A DNA stretch of 46,805 nt. It comes from Candidatus Levyibacteriota bacterium. Lineage in GTDB: Bacteria > Patescibacteriota > Microgenomatia > Levybacterales > UBA12049. Shown here piece by piece: positions 9,799 to 19,096 of this stretch. The notes beneath the pieces are model-generated. The model saw nothing but the letters and a program-made list of their open reading frames with translations. It made no database searches and was not told the DNA's origin. The position numbers and the translations under genes were made by a program. The DNA lies in assembly GCA_049519175.1 (NCBI GenBank), contig JBEKQZ010000003.1, positions 1 to 46,805 of the forward strand, in the 5' to 3' direction. The number at the start of each line of letters is the position of its first letter. Positions within the stretch are counted from its first letter, which is position 1.

Positions 9799-10203
9799 AT
9801 GAAGAAATATCTTATTTTATTATCGCCAATTGCTTATCTATCGCTTGCCACTTCTGCTTTTGCACAAACACCTATTGGTAATCCCTGTGGCAGCGGCGAA
9901 TTTAGTGCCCTTTGCATGTTGCAAGCAAAAGATTTAGGAGGCATAGTTGGCTCCTTACTACAATTTATCTTTGTCATTGCGGTGATAGTTGCTCTTTTCT
10001 ACCTTATCTATGGCGGTTTCAGGTGGCTCGTTTCCTCCGGAGACAAAACGCAAGTCGCGGCCGCCAGAGAGCACATCGTTGCTGCCATCATCGGACTAGT
10101 CATTATTTTCTTATCCTATTTCCTCTTGAGCCTGCTACTTGGCTTCTTTGGCATTGACTTAAGCCACTTAACTATTCCAAAAATTCCAGGCGCTGGCACT
10201 TAA
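9799..10203 (+). CDS. VirB2/TrbC-like pilin with signal peptide (candidate major pilin)
   Basis: Signal peptide ending in AFA; GGFRWLVSSGDKTQVAAAREHIVAAIIGL. Confidence 0.85.
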   Translation: MKKYLILLSPIAYLSLATSAFAQTPIGNPCGSGEFSALCMLQAKDLGGIVGSLLQFIFVIAVIVALFYLIYGGFRWLVSSGDKTQVAAAREHIVAAIIGLVIIFLSYFLLSLLLGFFGIDLSHLTIPKIPGAGT

Positions 10204-10279
10204 TTCTCTTTTCCCCTCTCTCAACTTGGGCTCAGGAAGATAGCTTGCTTTTTAATTTAATTGTTGCTAGTCTTTAGGT

Positions 10280-10612
10280 ATGTATAGTGGTTGTCAATAT
10301 GGCTCTGGCGGCGCCACCGTCTTGACCTTAGGCTGCATTTTTCCTTTGATTACTAACGTTATTCTTTGGGCCATCGGGCTGGCCGGCACAGTGGCGCTGT
10401 TCATGATTATTTTTGCCGGCTATCAGCTGCTATTCTCCGGCGGAGACGCCAAAGCAGTCGACGGCGCCCGGAAAACTCTAACTTTTGCTATTCTCGGACT
10501 GGTTTTGATATTTCTCTCGTTTTTTATCTTAAACCTTATCGCTACGGTTACTGGTGTCGGTTGTCTTAACTTTAGCCAGGGAATTCCAACCAGTTTTACC
10601 GCTTGCCACTAG
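10280..10612 (+). CDS. VirB2/TrbC-like pilin
   Basis: AGYQLLFSGGDAKAVDGARKTLTFAILGL. Confidence 0.85.
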   Translation: MYSGCQYGSGGATVLTLGCIFPLITNVILWAIGLAGTVALFMIIFAGYQLLFSGGDAKAVDGARKTLTFAILGLVLIFLSFFILNLIATVTGVGCLNFSQGIPTSFTACH

Positions 10613-10702
10613 ACTTTTCACGGGAAACCGACACATTTAAAACGGCATTTGACCCACTTTGATTATCTTGCATACATATTTTTCACATTATAACCTGGAT
10701 AT

Positions 10703-11917
10703 ATGGACAATCATCCAATTCCGCAGGATATTACGGGGTTTGAGTTTAAGTTAATCGGCAACATGACGCTAAAACAGTTCGCCTACATTGCCGGCGGCGC
10801 AATTATCGGTCTTTGTTTCTACGCTTTACCTGTTTTTGTGTTTATCAAAATCCCCCTGGCTTTAATTTTTGCCGGATTAGGTGTTATTTTCGCCTTTGTC
10901 CCCTTTGAGGGTCGGCCTCTGGACGTCATGATCAAAAACTTTTTGAAAGCGGCGCTATCTCCTACCCAATATGCTTACCAGAAAACTGCTGACCAAATTC
11001 CAGTTGAGAATCCACTCATTGCCATCTCCGCAACAAAAAAACAGTCATTGAGTGATGCCTCGGACAAACAACTGAAAGATTTTTTAAATGCCTTGCCGGT
11101 AGGGAAAAATAAGCTGGATAAAAAAGAGACGGTTTTTTTTGAATCTTTAAATCAGTACGGGGCAAATCAACCCCTCCAACAAAATCCGGGCTTCGTGGCT
11201 TCGCATACTTTTGCCGCTACCCCTGCGCAGCAAAATCCCGTACAGGCCGCTTCCCAACCAACCACGAAACCGGCTCCTAAGGCGCCAAATGAAGAACTGC
11301 AAAAAACTGCCGCGCTTTTGGAGAAAGAATTGCAGGAGGCCAAAGCCAAAGAAACGGCGGAAAGTCAAGTCGACCACGGCGAATATTTAAAAGCGCACCA
11401 AAAAGTACTGGAGCTGCAAAAGAATCTGAACGACTTGGCTTTTCAAAAACAAGAACTGGAATCTAAATTAATTTCCCTGCAGCAAAAGATGGAGATGCAA
11501 GGGAAACCCATTTATGCGCCTTCGGTGGCTCAACCCGAGCAGCTAAAAGAAACCAAGTTTGTCAGAAGCATCCCGCAAAATATGCAAAAAAACGCCGGCC
11601 TTCCGATTGCGCCCGAATTTCCGAACGTTATCATCGGCATTATCAAAGACCCCAGAGGAAATCCTTTGGGCAATATTTTAGTGGAGGTAAAAGACGCGCA
11701 AGGAAACGCGGTCAGAGCTTTTAAAACCAACGCGCTCGGACAATTTGCTTCAGCCACGCCGCTTAATAACGGCGAATATTCGGTTGGCTTTGAAGATCCG
11801 AGAGGTGAAAATAAATTCGATACCGTCGCTTTTAAAGCCACCGGCGAAATAATTTTACCGATTGAAATTATTTCTGTTGATACCAGAGAAGAGCTAAGGA
11901 GGTCTCTGTTTAATTAA
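10703..11917 (+). CDS. PrgI-family (VirB3-like) protein with a coiled coil and a C-terminal beta-sandwich domain
   Basis: HPIPQDITGFEFKLIGNMTLKQF plus two TM segments; C-terminal GIIKDPRGNPL...KTNALGQF. Confidence 0.85.
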   Translation: MDNHPIPQDITGFEFKLIGNMTLKQFAYIAGGAIIGLCFYALPVFVFIKIPLALIFAGLGVIFAFVPFEGRPLDVMIKNFLKAALSPTQYAYQKTADQIPVENPLIAISATKKQSLSDASDKQLKDFLNALPVGKNKLDKKETVFFESLNQYGANQPLQQNPGFVASHTFAATPAQQNPVQAASQPTTKPAPKAPNEELQKTAALLEKELQEAKAKETAESQVDHGEYLKAHQKVLELQKNLNDLAFQKQELESKLISLQQKMEMQGKPIYAPSVAQPEQLKETKFVRSIPQNMQKNAGLPIAPEFPNVIIGIIKDPRGNPLGNILVEVKDAQGNAVRAFKTNALGQFASATPLNNGEYSVGFEDPRGENKFDTVAFKATGEIILPIEIISVDTREELRRSLFN

Positions 11918-11918
11918 T

Positions 11919-12578
11919 ATGGCAACACCTGCCCGAAACCTACCGTCAACCCAAAAATTTATTGAGATCGAGAATATTGTTGACGATGTTGTTATCTCAC
12001 CCGGCGGTAATGCCTGCCTGGTAATTGAGGTCAGCGCGACTAATTTTGCCCTGCTTTCTCCGGAAGAACAAGACGCCAAAATTTACGCCTACGCCTCACT
12101 TTTAAACTCGCTTTCTTTTCCCATCCAAATTGTGATTAGAAGTAAAAAACTGGACATTACTAACTACTTAAAACTTTTGGATGTTGAAAAAGATAAAACG
12201 CCAAATGCGGCCTTAGCCAAGCAAATCGGGCTCTACCGGGATTTTGTCAAAGAACTGGTCAAGGTTAATACGGTTTTGGACAAAAAGTTCTACATCGTTA
12301 TTCCTTATTCCGCGCTGGAAAAAGGCGCTTCGGGAGCCAGAGCAACTTTTCAAACGGGTTCCGGAAAAGACAATTTCGTGGTTGGCGCTAGCGCCGCTTT
12401 ACATTCAAAAGCCGAGTCTATTCACACGCAACTTAGAAGACTTAACTTAAAAGCCCGCACACTGGATGAGGAACAACTGACTAAACTTTATTACGAAATT
12501 TTTAATGATAACGCCATTGACCATGCGAGCACGACTCAAACAATAAATCCAATCGCTTTAGGAAAGGAGACAAAATAA
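11919..12578 (+). CDS. VirB4/TraC N-terminal-like protein
   Basis: IEVSATNFALLSPEEQ...LLNSLSFPIQIVI...KKFYIVIP, located between PrgI and VirB4. Confidence 0.75.
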   Translation: MATPARNLPSTQKFIEIENIVDDVVISPGGNACLVIEVSATNFALLSPEEQDAKIYAYASLLNSLSFPIQIVIRSKKLDITNYLKLLDVEKDKTPNAALAKQIGLYRDFVKELVKVNTVLDKKFYIVIPYSALEKGASGARATFQTGSGKDNFVVGASAALHSKAESIHTQLRRLNLKARTLDEEQLTKLYYEIFNDNAIDHASTTQTINPIALGKETK

Positions 12579-14399
12579 ATGTTTGGTAAAAAAGACACCG
12601 CCGCCCTACCGCAGCCGGCACCAAGAGGGATATCGTCAATTCCCGACATCATTGCTCCTTCTTCGGTAGAAATTGACTTTAACAGTATTAAAATCGGCGA
12701 AAAATATTACAAAACGCTGTTTGTGGTAGGCTACCCCCGCTATGTTTCGCCCGACTGGCTCGAGCCGTTGATTGAATTTGACCACTCGATGAATATCTCG
12801 ATGTTTATCTATCCCGCTTCTTCCCCCGATGTTTTGTCCGATTTAAGAAGAAAAGTAGCGGAAATGGAAGCCACTTTAAGTTCGCAAGTTGAGGAAGGCT
12901 TGGAGGAAGATCCAAAAATTAAAGCCTCGCTGGAAGATGCGCTGTCGGTTCAGGAAGAGTTAGCCAAAGGCATGGAAAGATTTTTCCAGTTTAGTCTGTA
13001 TGTCACTTTATCTTCCGATAGTTTGAGCGAACTAAACGAAGCAGCCAAAAAATTAACCACCACGCTTAATTCAATTTTAATTTTGCCAAGAATTGCCACT
13101 TTGCAAATGGAAGAAGGTTTTAAATCTACCACTCCGCTTGGCCAAGACAAGTTATATATTGCCAGGAATATGGACACGACTTCACTGGCTTCCACTTTTC
13201 CGTTTAGCTCTGCCATGCTGACTCAAGATAAAGGCGTGATGTATGGCATTAACCAACAGAACGGTTCACTGATTATTTTTGACCGTTTTTCGCTGGAAAA
13301 TGCCAACGAAGTGGTTTTTGGCAAGTCCGGCGCCGGGAAATCCTACCTCATTAAGCTTGAAGCGATGCGCCAATTTATGTTTGGCACCGAAGTAATTATT
13401 ATTGACCCGGAAGGAGAGTATGGCACGCTGACTAAGGTTTTGGGTGGCGAAGAATTAATGTTTACGCCCTCCTCGGCCATTAAAATTAATCCGTTTGATT
13501 TATCCGGTCTTTATGAAGAAGGAGAAAATGAGCTGGGACTAAAAATATTATCGCTACACGGCTTGTTTAAAATTGTCCTGGGACAACTAGACGCTTCCCA
13601 AGAGGCAATTCTTGACCGGGCGCTCATCGAAACTTACCGCACTAAAGGCATTACCGCCGATCCGGCGACGCAAAAAAGTCAACCGCCCATCGCCGAGGAT
13701 TTATATAACGTTTTATTAAAAACTAATGACGACATCTCTAAAGAATTGGCCCTGCGGCTGGAAAAGTTTATCAAAGGCAGCATGAGCGGCATTTTTAACC
13801 AACAATCAAATTTTGACATCAAAAATCCGTTTACTATTTTTAACGTCAAAGCTTTGGAAGAAGAATTAAGACCCATCGCCATGCACATTATTCTCGATTT
13901 TATCTGGACTAGAGTGCGAAAGTCGCTGAAAAAAAGAGTTTTGATTCTGGATGAAGCCTGGTACATGATGCGTTATGAAGATTCCGCTTCGTTTGTGTAT
14001 AGCATTGCCAAAAGAGCCCGCAAATATTACTTGGGGTTAACCACTGCTACTCAAGACGTACAGGATTTTTTATCCACCGATTATGGCAAAGCCGTATTAT
14101 CGAATTCATCCATCCAAATTCTTTTGAAACAAAGTCCGGCGGAAATCGATTTGGTCACCAAGCTTTTTTACCTAACAGAGGGTGAAAAACAATTATTACT
14201 TTCTTCCAGTATCGGCGAAGGTTTATTCTTTGCCGGACAAAGTCACGTCGCGCTACGCTCAATTGCTGCGCCTTACGAACACACGATGATTACCTCAAGC
14301 CCTGAAGAAATATTAAAAGCGCAGGCTGTGGCAAAAACAGAAAATTCAACTCAAACTGCTCCAACTGTAAATACTGAAATTATTGCCAACGATAAGTAA
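12579..14399 (+). CDS. virB4: VirB4-like T4SS ATPase
   Basis: Walker A GKSGAGKS, IIIDPEGEY, INPFD, Walker B LILDEAW, KRARKY, ATQ. Confidence 0.9.
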   Translation: MFGKKDTAALPQPAPRGISSIPDIIAPSSVEIDFNSIKIGEKYYKTLFVVGYPRYVSPDWLEPLIEFDHSMNISMFIYPASSPDVLSDLRRKVAEMEATLSSQVEEGLEEDPKIKASLEDALSVQEELAKGMERFFQFSLYVTLSSDSLSELNEAAKKLTTTLNSILILPRIATLQMEEGFKSTTPLGQDKLYIARNMDTTSLASTFPFSSAMLTQDKGVMYGINQQNGSLIIFDRFSLENANEVVFGKSGAGKSYLIKLEAMRQFMFGTEVIIIDPEGEYGTLTKVLGGEELMFTPSSAIKINPFDLSGLYEEGENELGLKILSLHGLFKIVLGQLDASQEAILDRALIETYRTKGITADPATQKSQPPIAEDLYNVLLKTNDDISKELALRLEKFIKGSMSGIFNQQSNFDIKNPFTIFNVKALEEELRPIAMHIILDFIWTRVRKSLKKRVLILDEAWYMMRYEDSASFVYSIAKRARKYYLGLTTATQDVQDFLSTDYGKAVLSNSSIQILLKQSPAEIDLVTKLFYLTEGEKQLLLSSSIGEGLFFAGQSHVALRSIAAPYEHTMITSSPEEILKAQAVAKTENSTQTAPTVNTEIIANDK

Positions 14400-14416
14400 T
14401 TTGTTATTATAAAACT

Positions 14417-15292
14417 ATGGATTCAGATCAAGAAGCTAAAGAAAATACTCCGAGCAGAGATTATGCCAACAAAAGCATTCAAGCTGCACAAAACGCCCGC
14501 ACGGCAAAAAGAGCCATCTCAACGGTTAAAAACGCCGAAAAAGTGGCGCAGGCTGCCCAAAAAGTTCAAGCAGTGGGAACATTTATTGCTGCCACCTGGG
14601 AATTCTGGTTAATAGTCTTAGTCATCATCGTTATCGTCGCCCTATTCTTAGTAATTATTACTACTATTATGGGTAGCTCTAATGGAGCCCTTCCCTCACC
14701 ACAACCGGCCCCCCCGCCAGCCCAAACCCCAAGTGAAGTAGTATATTGCCAGGGAAGAGAAAAATGGAGCAGCCAAGCCTACAACGACGGCAATATTGCT
14801 AAAACCGGCTGTGTCCCAACCAGTATGGCAATGGTTTTAAGTAGTTATGGGGGAACGATATATGACCCGGGGCAAATCGCAACAATGTTTCACAATAATG
14901 GCTGGGATTATGGTCCGGGGAGTGGCCAGAAAGGAACAAATCCTTGGAGAATTACCAGCGCATGGTTAAATAGTATGGGATTTCAAAGAGCGCAAGCAGA
15001 CGTTGTAAATAGTTCTAAATCCCCCGTATATCTTGACACTAAACAACTCCAATTAATTAAAAACTATACTGATGCTGGATGGCTTTTATTAGCAGCTGTT
15101 GATGGACACAATCTACCTACGCACGTGAATGGCCCACATGAAGTCGTTATTGAAGACTTTGACCCGCAAACAAACATCATCACCGTCCGGGACCCAAATT
15201 CCCCCAATTGCCGATCTGGAAAACCCGTAAGCTTTAATGTTTCCAATATTAGATGGTATTTAATCATACCTGTTAAAATTAAATCAATATGA
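14417..15292 (+). CDS. Membrane-anchored C39-like (papain-fold) peptidase
   Basis: TM segment, Pro linker, Q..W...TGCVPTSMAMV, then HEVV and RDP (Cys-His-Asp). Confidence 0.75.
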   Translation: MDSDQEAKENTPSRDYANKSIQAAQNARTAKRAISTVKNAEKVAQAAQKVQAVGTFIAATWEFWLIVLVIIVIVALFLVIITTIMGSSNGALPSPQPAPPPAQTPSEVVYCQGREKWSSQAYNDGNIAKTGCVPTSMAMVLSSYGGTIYDPGQIATMFHNNGWDYGPGSGQKGTNPWRITSAWLNSMGFQRAQADVVNSSKSPVYLDTKQLQLIKNYTDAGWLLLAAVDGHNLPTHVNGPHEVVIEDFDPQTNIITVRDPNSPNCRSGKPVSFNVSNIRWYLIIPVKIKSI

Positions 15293-15708
15293 AAAAAACA
15301 TATCTACTTATTATCTTTCTTTTTATACTGGCACTTCTCTTTATTATTATCTCTCTCGTTATCTCCTCCGGCAAAAAAGAAACGATACTTGAAGCACCCT
15401 CTCCCACGCCATTTATAAACAACACTATTCTTCCAACAAATACTAATACCGCTGTTCCAAACAGTATCCCTACAGTAATTCCCAGCGATTACCCTCCAAA
15501 TACCGCCACGATTTCGGCTTTAATCGAGAACTTGCCACATCAAGGAACTTATTTTTCCCTATCTTACAATTTTACCGACGACAGTTTTTTTCTTTCTCTA
15601 AACGCCGCTAATCAAGCTCAGGGTGAAATGGAATTTGAAAATTTTCTCAAACAGAATGGGGTTTTGGATAAAGATTGGTTACAGAATTTAACCACAAACT
15701 ACCAATAA
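15289..15708 (+). CDS. Hypothetical membrane-anchored protein
   Basis: N-terminal TM, P/T-rich linker, ATGA overlap with the upstream gene. Confidence 0.75.
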   Translation: MKKTYLLIIFLFILALLFIIISLVISSGKKETILEAPSPTPFINNTILPTNTNTAVPNSIPTVIPSDYPPNTATISALIENLPHQGTYFSLSYNFTDDSFFLSLNAANQAQGEMEFENFLKQNGVLDKDWLQNLTTNYQ

Positions 15709-15709
15709 T

Positions 15710-16816
15710 TTAACCCTGCACCCGAATCGGCATGATTAAATGGAGGAATGTTTCGTCGTCTTTGATTTTAAACACTCCGGGATTTAAGGGTCCAGTCATT
15801 TCAAAAACCAAATCTTCTTTATTCACTGCGGTTAAAATATCTAAAAGATATTTAGCGTTAAAAGCAATTTCGTTTTCTTCACCATTAGTTTTGGCTTCTA
15901 CTTCAACATTGTCCTCGCCAACCGCCGGTGAGTTAGCCGAAACAATCACTTTTTCTTTTTTGATGGTAAATTTAATAATATTGGCGGTTTCTCTGGCAAA
16001 AACCGAGCAGATTTTAATCGCATTTAAAAGCTCGTCCCGGTTAAAGTTGGTTTTTGTGTCAAATCTCTGTGGGATTATTTTTTGATAGTCCGGATACTCC
16101 GCCCCAATTAATCTTCCCACCAATGTTGTTTCTCCTTGAGCAAAAAGAATTTGGTTGTTTTCTTCCGAGATAAACACCTTCACAGCGTCTTCGTCTTCTT
16201 TAATTGTTAATAGTTCACGAATTATCCGCGCCGGAACTACGATTGGCTTTTTAAGCCCCTCCTTAGTCTTAAAAACGTTTCTTTGCAAGGATAGCCTAAC
16301 TCCATCCGTTGCTACAACGGTAATTGTTTTTTTGTCTTCGTCTAGTAATATCCCTGACAGAGCTGGACGATTGCTGTCTAAAGCAGCGGCAAAAACCACT
16401 CTTTGCATATTTTCTTCAATTTCGGTTTTTTTAAGTGTGACTAATTCTTCTCCTTTTTCTTCGTAAAGTTTTGGGAAATCATCGGCTGGTATAGTTTGGA
16501 AAGAGGCGTTAATTTTTTCTCCTTTTAAGATTAAAGTTTCACCATCTAATGTTAGGGTTATTTTTTGACTACCAAGGTTAGTTAAAAGGTCGGAAAAGTT
16601 TTTCGCCGGAATTGTTATTCGGCCTTCTTTTTCAATATTTACAGCGATACTAGAGGAAATACCAATTTCTAAATCGGTTGCACTAATAATTAGCTTTCCA
16701 TTCTTAGCTTCTAAAAGAAAATTGGAGAGTATGGGTAATTGTCCTCTCAAGGAAACCGCATGATTTAGAAATGCAATCTTCCGTTGTAAATTATCGGAAA
16801 GAAAAGTTACTTTCAT
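15710..16816 (-). CDS. dnaN: DNA polymerase III beta clamp
   Basis: ATDLE, VATDGVRL, YPDY, IAFNAKYL, C-terminal LIMPIR. Confidence 0.98.
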   Translation of the reverse strand: MKVTFLSDNLQRKIAFLNHAVSLRGQLPILSNFLLEAKNGKLIISATDLEIGISSSIAVNIEKEGRITIPAKNFSDLLTNLGSQKITLTLDGETLILKGEKINASFQTIPADDFPKLYEEKGEELVTLKKTEIEENMQRVVFAAALDSNRPALSGILLDEDKKTITVVATDGVRLSLQRNVFKTKEGLKKPIVVPARIIRELLTIKEDEDAVKVFISEENNQILFAQGETTLVGRLIGAEYPDYQKIIPQRFDTKTNFNRDELLNAIKICSVFARETANIIKFTIKKEKVIVSANSPAVGEDNVEVEAKTNGEENEIAFNAKYLLDILTAVNKEDLVFEMTGPLNPGVFKIKDDETFLHLIMPIRVQG

Positions 16817-16967
16817 AAATTAATCTATTTGTAGTTGTTGTAGTTTATATGGAAAAGTGGAAAAAAGCAAGCACCCACGCCCAGAAAAAGGTGGATAAAA
16901 TGTTGATAAAAAAGTGGATAATTAGTTGAAAACAAAAATAAGTTAGTATTCCACATTATTATCGACA
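16817..16967. promoter_or_regulatory. oriC: oriC: DnaA-box array plus trio-like unwinding element
   Basis: DnaA-box-like 9-mers at 16848, 16856, 16890, 16901, 16913, 16924 (minus sense) and 16947, 16959 (plus sense); T(A/T)G x5 at 16829-16843; dnaA-dnaN intergenic position. Confidence 0.85.
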
Positions 16968-18304
16968 TTTAATTTTGCAATTCGCATGATATCCTCAGAA
17001 ATTAAAGACTTTTTCAACATATTTTCCACTTTAGCCACCCCATGCATAATAGTAGTATGATCCCGGCCGCCGAGCAAATTTCCAATCTCAACAAATGTTA
17101 AACCCAACTCTCTTTTTAAAAGATACATTGCTACTTGTCGAGGCCTGACTAAAAAAGCATCTCTTTTGGGGCTTCTTAATTGTGTTGACTTTACTTTATA
17201 AAAATAACAAACATTACGGATAATCTCATCAGGGTGAAAGCTATTTAATTTTTCCCCTTTATTTAAAGACAAAACCGAAGCGACTAATTCTTCGGTAATT
17301 TCTCCATCTCCAGCCTGCGCTTGGGTGATTACCCGTAGCAGTAGTCCTTCCAACCCTCTGGCATCTTGGGTTTTCTGGGCAATCATTTTGGCGATATCCA
17401 TCGTTAAAGAAACACCATACTTCTTCGCTTTAATTAAAAGGATAGCAGTTCGCAGTTCAAAATCCGGCGAGCCGATATCGACCGTTAATCCTCCAGAAAA
17501 GCGGGACAACAGCCTTTTTTCAACCTGTTTCATTTCCGCCGGCGGGCGGTCGGAAGATAAAACGATTTGAGCCGCTTTATCAACTAAAATATTAAAAGTG
17601 TGAAAAAGCTCTTCCTGGATTTTTTCTTTGCCGGCGACAAACTGGATGTCATCAATAATCAAAAGATCGAGCTCTCTAAACTTCCTTTTCATACTGGAAG
17701 TATTGTTGGTCCGGATAGCTTCAACTACCTCATTTGTAAACTCTTCACTAGTGGTATAAAGAATTTTTTTACTGGGATTTTTGGCGTAAACTTCATTGGC
17801 GACTGCCTGCATTAAATGGGTTTTACCAACTCCGGTTGGTCCGTAAATAAACAAGGGATTATAGGCAACGCCTGGTTTTTTGGCCACAGTGGTGGCGCTA
17901 ACATATGCTAGTTGATTGGTTGAGGAAACCGCCATATTGTCAAAAGTGTAGTCCGGTCTAACTCTAGGTAAATGACCGATCCCCACCGTGGTAGCTTTCT
18001 CATCATTTTCGAACAATGGTCCGTTTTTTTCTTCCTTTTTATTAACGACATCAATAATTGTCCTGGGAACAAAAATTATCTTGGTGTCTTTTTTAAGGTG
18101 TTTGTCGGCGGCTTTTTTAATCACGTCATAGAAACGCCGCTGCAATAAGTCAATAATCATAATCGAAGGAGCGGCAATGGTGACGGCATTCTCTTCTACC
18201 GACAAAAGTTGCGTTCTTTTAAATAAAGTTAAAAAGTTGGCCCGCGAGACTTCGAGTTCAACCTCGGCTAAGATTTTGGGCCATAAATCTTGATATTGCT
18301 GCAT
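16943..18304 (-). CDS. dnaA: Chromosomal replication initiator DnaA
   Basis: YNPLFIYGPTGVGKTHL, LIIDDIQF, QEELFHTFN, GGRDHTTIMH. Confidence 0.99.
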   Translation of the reverse strand: MQQYQDLWPKILAEVELEVSRANFLTLFKRTQLLSVEENAVTIAAPSIMIIDLLQRRFYDVIKKAADKHLKKDTKIIFVPRTIIDVVNKKEEKNGPLFENDEKATTVGIGHLPRVRPDYTFDNMAVSSTNQLAYVSATTVAKKPGVAYNPLFIYGPTGVGKTHLMQAVANEVYAKNPSKKILYTTSEEFTNEVVEAIRTNNTSSMKRKFRELDLLIIDDIQFVAGKEKIQEELFHTFNILVDKAAQIVLSSDRPPAEMKQVEKRLLSRFSGGLTVDIGSPDFELRTAILLIKAKKYGVSLTMDIAKMIAQKTQDARGLEGLLLRVITQAQAGDGEITEELVASVLSLNKGEKLNSFHPDEIIRNVCYFYKVKSTQLRSPKRDAFLVRPRQVAMYLLKRELGLTFVEIGNLLGGRDHTTIMHGVAKVENMLKKSLISEDIMRIAKLNVDNNVEY

Positions 18305-18318
18305 AAGTGGTAATGAGC

Positions 18319-18348
18319 AGTTTAATAATGTGGATAACTTCTTGTCAA
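18319..18348 (-). promoter_or_regulatory. dnaA promoter containing a perfect DnaA box
   Basis: TTGACA-18 nt-TAAACT on the minus strand, with TTATCCACA (18329-18337) in the spacer. Confidence 0.7.
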
Positions 18349-18435
18349 GAGAGGTAAACTAAGTAAAACTATGTCAATTTTAAAATCCACGCATGGTCTT
18401 TTAAAACAAAGTCTGTTCTGGTATACTTACAAGCA

Positions 18436-18570
18436 ATGGAAAAATCAATCAAACTTAAAAAAATCAAAAGACAAAGAAAGCATGGTTTCCGTGAAAGGTC
18501 AAAAACTCACGGTGGGCAGAAAGTCTTGGCAAAAAGAAGAGCTGCCGGCAGAAAAAATCTAACAATTTAG
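18436..18570 (+). CDS. rpmH: 50S ribosomal protein L34 (missing from the ORF track)
   Basis: MEKSIKLKKIKRQRKHGFRERSKTHGGQKVLAKRRAAGRKNLTI; canonical position between dnaA and rnpA. Confidence 0.95.
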   Translation: MEKSIKLKKIKRQRKHGFRERSKTHGGQKVLAKRRAAGRKNLTI

Positions 18571-18573
18571 CTA

Positions 18574-18885
18574 ATGTTAAAAAGAGAAAACCGCCTCGCA
18601 AAAATTATCAGGATGGCAGGCGAAAAGAAATATTTTTCTCCTTTGTTTACAATCAGAATCGCTGAAAACAAAGACAATCAGGTAAGATTTGGATTTGTTG
18701 TTTCCAAAAGAGTTGATAAAAAGGCGGTTGTTAGAAATAGAACTAAAAGAGTTTTAAGAGACGTGGCAGCGGGGTTTATAAGAAATTTAACCGGTAAAGA
18801 CATTGTAATCGTTGCCAAAAAGAGTCTTAATTTTAGCGAAAAGGAAATGGTTGCAAAAGAGCTCAAAAGTATTTTTAAGCAATGA
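18574..18885 (+). CDS. rnpA: Ribonuclease P protein component
   Basis: RFGFVVSKRV, AVVRNRTKR (RNR motif). Confidence 0.95.
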   Translation: MLKRENRLAKIIRMAGEKKYFSPLFTIRIAENKDNQVRFGFVVSKRVDKKAVVRNRTKRVLRDVAAGFIRNLTGKDIVIVAKKSLNFSEKEMVAKELKSIFKQ

Positions 18886-19094
18886 AAAAAATTATAATTT
18901 CAATCATCGGGTTTTATCAAGTTGTTTTATCTAATCTTCTTCTCCAACTCACCGGCACTCAAAATGCTTGCCGTTTCTCTCCAACTTGTTCAGAATATGC
19001 AAAAATATCCATTTCCGAAAAAGGACTATTCAAAGGGGGTTATTTATCAATAGTCAGGCTTTTAAAATGCCAGCCGTTTTATAACGGCAACTAA
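18882..19094 (+). CDS. yidD: Membrane protein insertion efficiency factor
   Basis: CRFSPTCSEYA...RLLKCQPF. Confidence 0.95.
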   Translation: MKKIIISIIGFYQVVLSNLLLQLTGTQNACRFSPTCSEYAKISISEKGLFKGGYLSIVRLLKCQPFYNGN

Positions 19095-19096
19095 AT

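Noticed and set aside
2619-15708. ICE integrated at tRNA-Ser
   Set aside because: No integrase, relaxase or coupling protein, and I saw no duplicated tRNA-Ser 3' end near dnaN.
18371-18562. 63-aa ORF in the track
   Set aside because: Out-of-frame shadow of rpmH.
18882-18885. Recoded genetic code (TGA=Gly, as in Gracilibacteria/SR1)
   Set aside because: TGA ends rnpA and the peptidase gene in ATGA overlaps, and conserved genes have no internal TGA.
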